Below the pieces are notes generated by a model. It ran no database searches. It was not told where the DNA came from and saw only the letters and a list, made by a program, of their open reading frames with translations. Of a stretch of 64,000 nucleotides of DNA, positions 30,070 through 39,742 are shown one piece after another (within the stretch, counting starts at the first letter, position 1; each line of letters starts with the position of its first letter). The translations under genes and the position numbers were made by a program. The DNA is from a virus. Lineage: Duplodnaviria; Caudoviricetes. Where the stretch lies: the IMG/VR virus record IMGVR_UViG_3300028591_000129, positions 32,001 to 96,000 of that record. One strand, given 5' to 3'.

Positions 30070-30735
30070 CTACTCGAACTCTTTGTAATTTTTCATTCTC
30101 GAACCACAGAAAGAACAGTACCGCAGATAATATCCCGTTACGAGGCTGTCACTGTTGTACGCCGAATTACGACAGTTAGAACACCTCAAACGGTATCTGT
30201 CACGCCCCACAGCGGTTGTTTTGGACTGCACAAGCCACATACCGTCCCGAGTACCGTCGTCAGCTTTCAACGCTAAAATAGCCCTGTTTACGGCTGTCTC
30301 AAGGTTACTTCCGCGATGTATGCTCCGCTTCAGGTACTTCAAACATACAATTGCTTCTTCATTCGTCATCTCATTCATTGATTCGTCTCCCTGCGTCGGG
30401 CGGGGAGCTACACCCGCTTTTTCACAAAAGTTCTCCTTTGAGGACTTCCTGCTACTTCTTATGTTCGTTCCGCGTATAGTGGATATTGCGTCTGAAAATT
30501 CCCGTACCTCACGGTCAACCTCACCGTCAGCTTCATAATTCTCCTGTCGGTCAGGGCTGTCAGACACCGTATCCTCATTATCTGCCTCAACCTCTGCCAA
30601 TAGCACGTCAGGAATACCTAATGCTTCCTTTGCGTCAGACACGAACTGTCCAAATAGTTCTAATAAACGTCCCCAACTGTCTATTAAGGTACGTAAATCA
30701 AGCTCAACCGAACTCTCTTCTTTCTTATCTGCCAC
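30070..30735 (-). CDS. Hypothetical protein with C-terminal Zn ribbon
   Basis: CSNC...YCSFCGSRM. Confidence 0.5.
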   Translation of the reverse strand: MADKKEESSVELDLRTLIDSWGRLLELFGQFVSDAKEALGIPDVLLAEVEADNEDTVSDSPDRQENYEADGEVDREVREFSDAISTIRGTNIRSSRKSSKENFCEKAGVAPRPTQGDESMNEMTNEEAIVCLKYLKRSIHRGSNLETAVNRAILALKADDGTRDGMWLVQSKTTAVGRDRYRLRCSNCRNSAYNSDSLVTGYYLRYCSFCGSRMKNYKEFE

Positions 30736-31052
30736 GTCCTCACTCTCCTCTCCTCGTTATCATATCTTTCCTCGGCTACCCGTCCTCGGCAGTCAGCTTC
30801 TCCTTACTCACGCGCACACGCGTATCCTACGGTCTGCCACCCACAGGGTCAGCTTCCAAAAATTTTTCCTATCCGCACCCCGATTAATGTAGTTTTCCGC
30901 CAACTACTCGTCGGGTACTACCTCATATTCCAAGTACTCGGGGCACAGCCTCGCCATATCAGTGTATGCCTCATAACAGTTATCCCTAAACTGACATGCG
31001 TCACACCCTGAATTCTTGGTGGGGTCGCGTGCACTGTCAGAACTTGCCATAG

Positions 31053-31777
31053 TCAGCTCGCTCTCCTTAATACAAGATTGCCGTCCTCGGACTTCAGGGT
31101 ATACTTCGGATTATTCTCAAGGAACAGCTTGAACTGTCGAAGCAGATTATCCGCACCATTCACGAAAATATCTCTATCCGTAATAGTGAAACCCTCACCG
31201 TCGGCATAATACAGGAAGTCGTCGTATGTGCTATCCATTTTAACACCGCCTGTCTTTGCAAGCCAATAACGGATTACGTACTCCTGTCTGTCTCTGTAAT
31301 TGTCACGCCAAAGGAATTCTGCATTACCGATATGAAGCTCATTCGTCAGCGCACTTGCCTGCTCGGTATACTCTGCAATCTTCTTACTTCCTCGCTCTGT
31401 ATTGATTTCAGGCTCAAGATACAGGTATACTTGATTATTCTCTGCACGCAAAACAGGGAAGAAGCACGCGTCTGTCTTCGCTGTCCACTCGTTTATCTGC
31501 CTATCAAGCTCTCTGCACTCCAATATGGTCATACATTCACCCCCTCGGGGATATTCTCGTACATTGCCATACGAAGAATGTCCCTATCCTCAAATGAGAT
31601 TGCTCCTGCATAATAAAGTGCCTGTGTGAAGCCTCTGAAGTACTCCTCGGATAACTTACACGCCTCGTCCTTTGCGTGCGTGCGTACAAGTGCATTTCTG
31701 AATGCCTTACGGTCAAGTGTTGCATTGTCTGCACACGCTCTGTCAATAATCTCAAGTGCTCTCTCAAAATTTGTCAT
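31053..31777 (-). other. Two hypothetical genes (31529-31777, 31053-31532) in an ACTCATA cassette
   Basis: ORF track; ACTCATA at 31795; WalR-like box at 31847. Confidence 0.6.
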
Positions 31778-31867
31778 AGTTTTAATCTCCTTTGTATGAG
31801 TTTCTAATTTGATAGTTATATACTACCACAGAATTCACCACTGCAATGTTACAGTTATGTTACAAAG

Positions 31868-32398
31868 TCAGTCGCCCTCGCGACGATACGGATAATGCAC
31901 GTCATAGTAAGTATCAAAGAACGGCTGAAAGTCATAATCATAATATACACGCCTCTTGTGACCCCCGATAGTGTAGCTTCCCGCAAGCTCCGCGTCATAC
32001 TTAATGCTCTTATCTCCCCTGTCTCTTACCGCCTGTGCAGTCTGTATCGGAATGAACCTTGTCACGTCTCGGTCAACCCACCAAACAAGTAAACCTGCTA
32101 CAACACCGCGGTGGTGGCTCGCCTCGGTCAGACCGTCCCACTGTGCATTACTGATATTTCCATAGATATGCTGTCCTGTTGGGTCGTTACTGAATATCGG
32201 AAGTCTGTTACCGTGAACTGATTTACACTCGAACATATAAAAAATACCCTGACGATACACGATAATATCGCAAGGGTTGGCAATTCCTTTAAGATACGGC
32301 GGTGGGTCGTACAGGCGCAAGGAATAGGCGTCTGTCCTATCCAACGCTTCTCTTACCTCGTCCTCAAAGGGCTTTCCTACGTTCTTCCTTTTAGCCAT
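31868..32398 (-). CDS. recU: RecU-like Holliday junction resolvase
   Basis: N.GK.FE...PCD.I.Y......FECKS...NI...Q...L PD-(D/E)xK pattern. Confidence 0.7.
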   Translation of the reverse strand: MAKRKNVGKPFEDEVREALDRTDAYSLRLYDPPPYLKGIANPCDIIVYRQGIFYMFECKSVHGNRLPIFSNDPTGQHIYGNISNAQWDGLTEASHHRGVVAGLLVWWVDRDVTRFIPIQTAQAVRDRGDKSIKYDAELAGSYTIGGHKRRVYYDYDFQPFFDTYYDVHYPYRREGD

Positions 32399-33885
32399 TA
32401 AGCGGTTCTTCCCTGCTCCATAAACAAGTCCATTTCGAATTCTTGGAACTTACGCCACATAAGCTCAAGCTCGTCTGCACCCATTTTACCAATAAGTGCA
32501 ATCATTTTCTCCCTCTTTTGGTCAAGGTCAGCAGTATACTCTCGCCACAGCTCCTCTTGGAATACTCTCTCTGTATTTGTCATATCATTTCTCCTCTCGA
32601 TTCGTACTTTTGGATTTTCTTGGGTGTAGCTCCCTGCCACCTCTGACTGCCTTTCCACCAATCGCTCTTACCCAACTGTTGTTTCTCCTGACACGTCTCT
32701 TAATCTCACGCACCACGTCTTTCTTATATCTCGTGAACTGCTCGTCTGTACAACACCTCTCCAACTCCCTAATCAGCTTATTCACGCCGACCTTATAGAG
32801 CTGTTCGCGTGTTAATGGTGCTTCCTCTGCTTCCTGTCTAAACAGCTTCCGATAGAAGTTAAGCTTCATACATACCTCATTCTGCTCATTCCGCACCGTG
32901 GACACCTGACCACTGCGTACTTATATCTCTCGTCCATTGCTATCCGCTTCCCACACCTCGCGCACACGAATACGCGCTTACGTTCTATCACTCAAAGTGA
33001 CCCCCTGATACTATTTTTAACGGGGAATTTATGTAGTTTTTAGCCCCACAGGCGCTTATCAAAGCAAGTCAGCCTGTGTAACGAACACGTTCTGCCGTCC
33101 GTCACCAATATCCTCGTAGCCCATAACCCAATCAGTATTCTCTGACAGGAACTTCAGCAAGTCATTCATTACGTCAACGGTAAGCTTGCTCGGCTCGATA
33201 ATAATGTTCCCCATATATTCATTATAGAACCCGCCAAGGTTATATGAAAATACCAATTCGTATGTTTTCTTTCCCTGCTCTGTAAGCATTCCTATTCTCC
33301 TCTCACCAAATGAACATTGTAACTTTTGAGTTGCAGTAAATCTCAACCTTGTTCTCGAAGTAAAGTACAAGGTATTCGTGGTTCTCGTCAATCTCGTCAA
33401 CGATTTCCTCAAGCACTTCTGCTTCCTTACCGCCCTCAATAACGTCCCACCTACGAAGTCCTGTGAACTCAAGTAACTCTTCGTCCTCGGGTACGTCGTC
33501 AGCCATATAGATACGGCTTCCACGCTCATACTTATTCTTCTTGGATACATAAAGACGTACCTCTGCCTCTGTAAGGTCAGGGTGGAATAATGTGCCTGTG
33601 TATGTTCTCTTCATAGTGTTACCCCCTCATACGTTATTTGCCCTAATACAGGCAAGTCTGAAGTTAGAAGCAAAGCAGATATGTCTGCCATTACAAGACG
33701 AAATAGCATAATCCTCGTCCCTCGTAATGATATATGCACGACCACCGAACGTTCTATAAAAACCCTCGCTAATCTCGATAACGTTGTATTCTTTTGCGAT
33801 TTTCTCCATTACAGGTGTCATATGCGTCTTCTCCTTTTATGAGTTTTCTAATGTGTCTTTACAATAACATAGTAACGAAAGAATG

Positions 33886-34491
33886 TCAAGCGTGAATATA
33901 CAACGCACGCTTCTTGCTGTCGGCTGTGAAGTAAACATAATACCTATTACCCTCACGTGTAACCTTAAGGATATTCTTCTTGGGCGTTGTGGCATAACCT
34001 CTCTGCTTCTTAACAAGCTTATAGATAAGTGCCAACCTTGCAGGGTCAGTTACTACTTCCCTACGGTCATTTCTACGCGCCTGTAAGCGTGCCTCGCGCA
34101 ACTCAATGTGCCGCTTTGCATTCTCAATTGTATCTACGAAAGCTTTTCTGTCGTCAATGGAATACCAAATCTTCTCTTCCACTAACTCTCCCTCGCCACC
34201 CCACAGGATTGCGAATGTGTCGAGTGCAGGGGCTCTCTTGTTCTCAAACTTCTCAACGGTAAGATTAACCGTATGTGTTCTAAAGTCATAGTCGTTCTCG
34301 GCAACTTTCATATAGTCTCTGTCGAGCTTAATGCGATAGATATACTTACCGTCTGTTACATCAATACGGCTGATTTCGCCTGAAGTGCCCGACATTGTAC
34401 CAACGTTAATCTCCATACCCTTTGCAAGGTACTCATTAACCTTATTTGTGAATGCTGTTCTGATTTCATTTGCCAAGATTACGTTTTCCAT
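33886..34491 (-). CDS. Hypothetical protein in a single-gene ACTCATA cassette
   Basis: 201-aa ORF; promoter TTGACA near 34565 overlapped by the palindromic site. Confidence 0.65.
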   Translation of the reverse strand: MENVILANEIRTAFTNKVNEYLAKGMEINVGTMSGTSGEISRIDVTDGKYIYRIKLDRDYMKVAENDYDFRTHTVNLTVEKFENKRAPALDTFAILWGGEGELVEEKIWYSIDDRKAFVDTIENAKRHIELREARLQARRNDRREVVTDPARLALIYKLVKKQRGYATTPKKNILKVTREGNRYYVYFTADSKKRALYIHA

Positions 34492-34743
34492 AGTGTTATC
34501 TCCTTTACGTGTTATGAGTTTTATGATTATGAGTACATACTACTACGGATATTGAGGGTTGTCAATACCATTAATGGGACAGTTTAAGATTTTTCTGAAA
34601 AATTATCCCTTAATCCGCTCGTCCCTGCTGAAAACCTGCTTACAGAAACGACAACGCCAAGGCTTATCTGCCTTAACAAAGTAAGGTGCGTCATTTCCAC
34701 AATAAGGACAATAGAATATCTTCTCTTTCTTCTTTGGCTTCAC

Positions 34744-35301
34744 TTACTCAACCCTCACTGTTATATTTCGCCTGCTTGCTAAATAATCACACATATGTAC
34801 AAACTGCTGTTCTCTTGTAATAGGTTTATCTAATACCACGTCTGACTTCGGTGACGTATTCCACTGTCCCATATGACTTCGGACTAAATGGCATATCGTA
34901 TTCACCTGACTTATCGGTAAGTCTGCTCGGTTAAGCACCATAAACCCCTCGAAGCAATCCGACGCTACGTTCGGGTGGTCAAACACAGTATGTCCTGCGT
35001 CTATGTCACCGTGCTTAAAGGTGTCGTGTATGATACACGCAGTGATTATCTCGTCGTGATAGTTGATATTTAAGTCCTGATACTGCTCAAGCTGAAGTAA
35101 TTCTTCGGCTATCTGAACGACTGCCTTTGTGTGCCTGACCAAGCCACCTACACCCAAGGCATAGGACGGGTGGTATTTCCCTGACGAACTCGCGGGTACG
35201 GTGAAAAAATAGGGTGGCACGCAACTGTCGAGGTAGCGCGCAACCCATAACTTAAGCTTCTCGTCTCGTATCAACTTAACTTCGGCTAACAAATCACTCA
35301 T
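34744..35301 (-). CDS. HD-domain phosphohydrolase
   Basis: PASSSGKYHP...GGLVRHT...IHD..K...SHMG.W...DYLASR. Confidence 0.85.
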   Translation of the reverse strand: MSDLLAEVKLIRDEKLKLWVARYLDSCVPPYFFTVPASSSGKYHPSYALGVGGLVRHTKAVVQIAEELLQLEQYQDLNINYHDEIITACIIHDTFKHGDIDAGHTVFDHPNVASDCFEGFMVLNRADLPISQVNTICHLVRSHMGQWNTSPKSDVVLDKPITREQQFVHMCDYLASRRNITVRVE

Positions 35302-35736
35302 ATGTCTGCAATGACCTTTACTTCGGCTTTCGTGACCATATCAGTCACGCTGAAATACTCCAAACGCCCCGTGTCAAGCCTTACTGCCACGCCTTTATCA
35401 GGGTCAGACTCCTTTGGGTCAAACACTTTCATATACAGTGTGTCAGTCTGATAAAAAGCGTCACCGTATTCCAAGTCACTAAAACAGACAGAACACGCAT
35501 TATAACAGGCAACTTTCATTTCCGCACCACCTTGTTCAAGTATTTGTCTGCCCAATCGTTCATTGCTCCCTGTAATTCAAGCTTTGCTTCCTTATCAAGG
35601 TGTCTGATACGTGGGTTATCAACATAGTACATATCTATATTATCCCAAAAGCTATTTAGACACAATACCGCCTGCCTAAATCCGTTAACGTAATCTTCAC
35701 TGTGCATTGGTAGCTACATTTCCTTTCTGTATTCAC

Positions 35737-36261
35737 TTATGTTCCGATGGACTGTTTGGTCATAATGTACTCATTGGTACGTCTTGTGAGAACTTTCTTA
35801 CAAGAACTCATAAGCTCCTGCGCGTTCTCTACCTTTGACTTCATAGTCTTAAAGGCTCTTGAATAGCAAATACTGACCAACTGCTCCTGCTGTGACGCTA
35901 TCTCCGCTCGGCTGTTCTTATCCTGAACTGTTCCTTTCGTCTCGTCTCGGGCGCTGTTAAATGCTTCCTTATAGACTGCATTGGATATGTCGTCTCTGAT
36001 ACCCAACTGCTCTTGTCCACCGCCTGCCCAATAGATATAGGCGGCGAGGTTCATACAGAAATCTTCAAGCTCTTGGTCTGACGGCGGGTTATTACCGTCC
36101 TTAAGACAATCGGATACGAACTGCACGTAATTATCCAAGTCTCTGATGTACGGCTCGATAATCTCTGCTACGATACTGTCTATCGTCTGTGAGTTAGTCT
36201 CTACGTGAAGTCTTATCTTACTTACTGCCTCGGGGTTAACTGAACTGAATAAAGTACTCAT
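35737..36261 (-). CDS. Helical protein, possible recombination mediator
   Basis: Coiled-coil ORF near the exonuclease gene. Confidence 0.35.
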   Translation of the reverse strand: MSTLFSSVNPEAVSKIRLHVETNSQTIDSIVAEIIEPYIRDLDNYVQFVSDCLKDGNNPPSDQELEDFCMNLAAYIYWAGGGQEQLGIRDDISNAVYKEAFNSARDETKGTVQDKNSRAEIASQQEQLVSICYSRAFKTMKSKVENAQELMSSCKKVLTRRTNEYIMTKQSIGT

Positions 36262-37085
36262 TATTCCACCACCTCTCCTGCTGTATAATGCTCTCTCAAC
36301 ACTCTTCTGAATATCTCATATGCTCCGTCCTCTCCCCACGTTGGTGTGGACTTAATGGCGAATACGATATGCTTAAAATAGCCGTTATATACGTTAAGCA
36401 CCTCTGCAAACGCCTGTGCAACCACCTTTGGGTCTTGTGCAAATGCGCCACAGCCCCAAGCACCAAGCACGATACAATCTGCACCATTATCTACCGCTGA
36501 CAGCACAATCTGCTCCATTCTGCCCTCATACAAGCTCAACGCGAAGTCAGGCTTCAGGGCTTCCTTGGGCGCGGGGCACGTAATAACGTCAAGCTTTCTC
36601 GGTGCAACGTTCTCATAAGAAGTGTCGTCCTTAAACACTGTCACGTCCCTTGCATAGATAACTCTGTTCGTATACAGCTCAAATCCTGTCTCAAGCACAT
36701 TCTTCTTGTTCGGGGCATAGTAATTCTTATCAGCGTCACTTTTGCCCAAAACGGGGTGTAGGTTTGTGCACCGACAGATGTTCTCCTCCTGCGTCTGCGC
36801 ACCGTTCTCAACCCAACCGCCATACTTCATTGCGTCAGCAAAGTTAAGAATTGCTACTCTTTCCTTGTCTGCATAGCTGTATCCTGTATTTACCGTACCG
36901 CCTCTTACAAGTGTTATCGGTACTCCGACGTTCTTCTCGGGCGCTTCAAGGTCGTCATTATAGAACTTAACCTGAACGTCCTTTGGGCTGTACCTTTCCT
37001 CTATCTGCTTCAGAGTGTCCTTAAACACACCGATATTCTTAACCTCGCCTCTTATAATGTTGTCAAAGTATTCCTTCTTCCTCAT
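36261..37085 (-). CDS. Macrodomain ADP-ribose glycohydrolase, bacterial PARG type (TIGR02452/DUF2263-like)
   Basis: LNFA...GG..NGAQTQEE.ICR...DVITCPAP...VLGAWGCGAF...IVFAI. Confidence 0.85.
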   Translation of the reverse strand: MRKKEYFDNIIRGEVKNIGVFKDTLKQIEERYSPKDVQVKFYNDDLEAPEKNVGVPITLVRGGTVNTGYSYADKERVAILNFADAMKYGGWVENGAQTQEENICRCTNLHPVLGKSDADKNYYAPNKKNVLETGFELYTNRVIYARDVTVFKDDTSYENVAPRKLDVITCPAPKEALKPDFALSLYEGRMEQIVLSAVDNGADCIVLGAWGCGAFAQDPKVVAQAFAEVLNVYNGYFKHIVFAIKSTPTWGEDGAYEIFRRVLREHYTAGEVVE

Positions 37086-37905
37086 TCTTTTCCCCCTTGT
37101 TTGTCTTCTCGTACTCCTTACACCTCTCTCTATAACTGCAATACTGACACGTGGACTTAAGCACACCCTTTGGCTTCGGGGGCACTTCATTTTTCTGCAC
37201 GTACCCGTCGCACTTGAGAATGTCACTTATCAGCTTCCTCTTCATTTCCGCAGTCGGCTCGAACATAAAGGACTTCATATCAAGAATATCCCTGTTGATA
37301 TACACGAATATAACTTGGTCGATACCAAACGCTATTGAATATGCTGTTCCCTGTGCATAATGCTTCGGGTCGACACTGTCGCGCTTCTGCCACTTAAAGG
37401 AACTCTCCGTCTTCAGCTCAAGGATATAGTACTTACCCTTGTACTTAATGATACCGTCGCATAAGAAGCTCATATTGTATGTCTTATGAAACAGCTTCGT
37501 CTCCATTCCCTGCTTGGACACCACGTCTATCCTGTCGAGACCTTGGTCTGCCACGAACTGTCCAACGTCGATATACTCGCAGTCGTAGCCGTTCTCTTTC
37601 ATTGCGTCTACGTACCTCTGCGTCCTGTCGTGTATGTCCGACCCGCTGTTGCAGATACCAACGAGTGTGTACGGCGTCATTCCCTCGTCCTGTGGCGCGC
37701 CCGTGACCTGATAATACATATTCCTGATACACGCCATTGACGACGGCTTGTAGCTTCGGCTCGGCTCACGGCTCTCCGCCTGATTGGTCTGTTCGATAGA
37801 CTTCTTCAAGTCCTCAAGGAACTCGTGTTCTATATGACGCTCTTCTCGCGTCTCGTCTGCCTCAACCAAGCGAGCCTTAAGCTCTGCTAAACTTCGTCTG
37901 CTCAT
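37063..37905 (-). CDS. Cas4-like PD-(D/E)xK exonuclease
   Basis: PSS..C.R...G..IH...CDG...ELKT...Q...Y...C..C.Y...C. Confidence 0.8.
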   Translation of the reverse strand: MSRRSLAELKARLVEADETREERHIEHEFLEDLKKSIEQTNQAESREPSRSYKPSSMACIRNMYYQVTGAPQDEGMTPYTLVGICNSGSDIHDRTQRYVDAMKENGYDCEYIDVGQFVADQGLDRIDVVSKQGMETKLFHKTYNMSFLCDGIIKYKGKYYILELKTESSFKWQKRDSVDPKHYAQGTAYSIAFGIDQVIFVYINRDILDMKSFMFEPTAEMKRKLISDILKCDGYVQKNEVPPKPKGVLKSTCQYCSYRERCKEYEKTNKGEKNEEEGIL

Positions 37906-38398
37906 TTTAATTCTTCTCCCCCTATCGGCAGTCCCTCTACGCTGTCCATTATTGCGTTATATATAGTCCGCACAATATGCACGGGGTCTCCGTCGTGTGC
38001 GTATGCCCACGCGTCAATGTCTGCACAAAGTGTTGCACAGAACCACTCAAAGTTATCTATACGCTCCAACGCGGTCTTTGACGCAAGGGCGTACTTCTCG
38101 TATGTCTCGTAACCTGACATTATGCTTCCTCTCCTTTTACTTTACCTGTATATTTTCTGCTTCTTGCAACCAGTTGCTTAAGTTCTTCCAAATCTTCGTT
38201 AACATATGGACTGCCTGTGCACTCTACTAACCTTTTGTCAGATAGCAGTTTATATAACGCACGTGCATTATTCAGCAAGTCAGTCGTATCTGCTTCTATA
38301 TTACACATATGTATAAGTAAACAAACCACCTCTATACATAAGGATACAAGCATAACAATAACCATAGTCTTCTCAAAAACTGTCATAATTCCCTCCTC

Positions 38399-38719
38399 TC
38401 AGTCCGTAGTCCTAAAGAAATATGTAAGGTCGTCACCCTCAAGATTGTCATAGCACCAACCCTGTGCCTCGTAGAACAGGTCAACGTATACCTTGGAATA
38501 CTCGGGGTTCTTCTCTGCCCACTGCCAAGACTTCCAATTAAGTACCATTACAAGCTCTGTAACGTATATAACGTTAGTCTTCCAAGCCTTGAACGCTCTT
38601 CTGTAAGTGTCCTTGATAGCGGAAACACCAAATGCGTCCGCAATTGAGAAGTCCTGCCAAAATGTTGTCTGCTGTGTGTAACCGCAGAATGCTTCTGAGT
38701 CGAATACTGAATAAGTCAT
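38399..38719 (-). CDS. Hypothetical phage protein in an ACTCATA cassette
   Basis: TTFWQDFSIADAFG...TELVMVLNWK; SD after ACTCATA. Confidence 0.65.
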   Translation of the reverse strand: MTYSVFDSEAFCGYTQQTTFWQDFSIADAFGVSAIKDTYRRAFKAWKTNVIYVTELVMVLNWKSWQWAEKNPEYSKVYVDLFYEAQGWCYDNLEGDDLTYFFRTTD

Positions 38720-39161
38720 AATTGATTTCTCCTTTGTATGAGTTTTTGATTTGTAAGCATAGGATAGCATAGTGGTATTCACTTGTCAAGCACCCACACA
38801 AAATTTTACGGCTCACTGCAAGTCGTCAAGAAATATCTGCGCGTTCTCAAAGAAAAAATACGGCTTCCCGTTAGAGTGTTTTATCTTTGCTGTGTGCACC
38901 TTTACCTTTCCATACAGGGCGGGCACGGTAAATATCGCCGTATCCCCCTCTACCGCACGCACGGTCACGTGAGGCATTGTCACTGCCACCCCGAGTGCGG
39001 GCTTATTTATGTACTTCTCTTTCTCTTCTTTAGTCATTATATCCCCCTGTGTTCTGTTCCCACACTACCTGATACCCCGTGGGGCTCTTTCGGCTCGCCT
39101 TTGTGTAGCATTTCTTCGCCCATTTGAGGCTTCCGTCGCTGTTAAGGAACATTACTCCCTA

Positions 39162-39482
39162 TCAGCAAACACCCGTCTTTGCGAAGCAATATCCAACGTG
39201 GTCATAATATGTCCAAGTCCTAAATGCCTCGCACTTTCCCAAGTTCTTAAAGCCACTGCCCTCGGATACATTAAAATCTACTGCGTCCAACAGCTCAATG
39301 TCATATGTTTTCGGCTCACCAAAAACTCTATCCCCTGTATCCTCGGATATATGGCTCTCACGTACTGTAACGGTATTATCCGTACGCGTGACCACCTCGT
39401 AGTTCGCAATACCGCCATACAACATTGTTGTTGCAAGGTGCTGTCCTACCTCAAATCTGAATACGTTTGCTGAATTTTCCAT
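39162..39482 (-). CDS. Hypothetical protein in an ACTCATA cassette
   Basis: ORF track; ACTCATA at 39499. Confidence 0.6.
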   Translation of the reverse strand: MENSANVFRFEVGQHLATTMLYGGIANYEVVTRTDNTVTVRESHISEDTGDRVFGEPKTYDIELLDAVDFNVSEGSGFKNLGKCEAFRTWTYYDHVGYCFAKTGVC

Positions 39483-39742
39483 TTGATTGTCTCCTTTTTA
39501 TGAGTTTTCTTGATTTCCTCTCGATTATAACATAGTAAATAATGTTGTCAAGTGTTTTCTCGGGAATTTTGACCATTTTTGCCGATTTTCCGTATCATAG
39601 TATATAAATATAAGGGCTAAAATAGGGTATAAAAGTCCACCTCAACACCGTTGGTGTAGCTTTTTTAACACATAAAAGCCGTCCCATTTCAGTATATCAA
39701 AACCACTGTACCATTATTCGGGCTATTATACGAACTGTCCTA

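Noticed and set aside
17900-30420. CRISPR array or integron attC sites suggested by the recurring motif and a Cas4-like gene
   Set aside because: The repeats are only 8-10 bp with irregular spacing of tens of bp to over 1 kb. There is no cas1/cas2 or integrase, and solo Cas4-like nucleases are common in phages.
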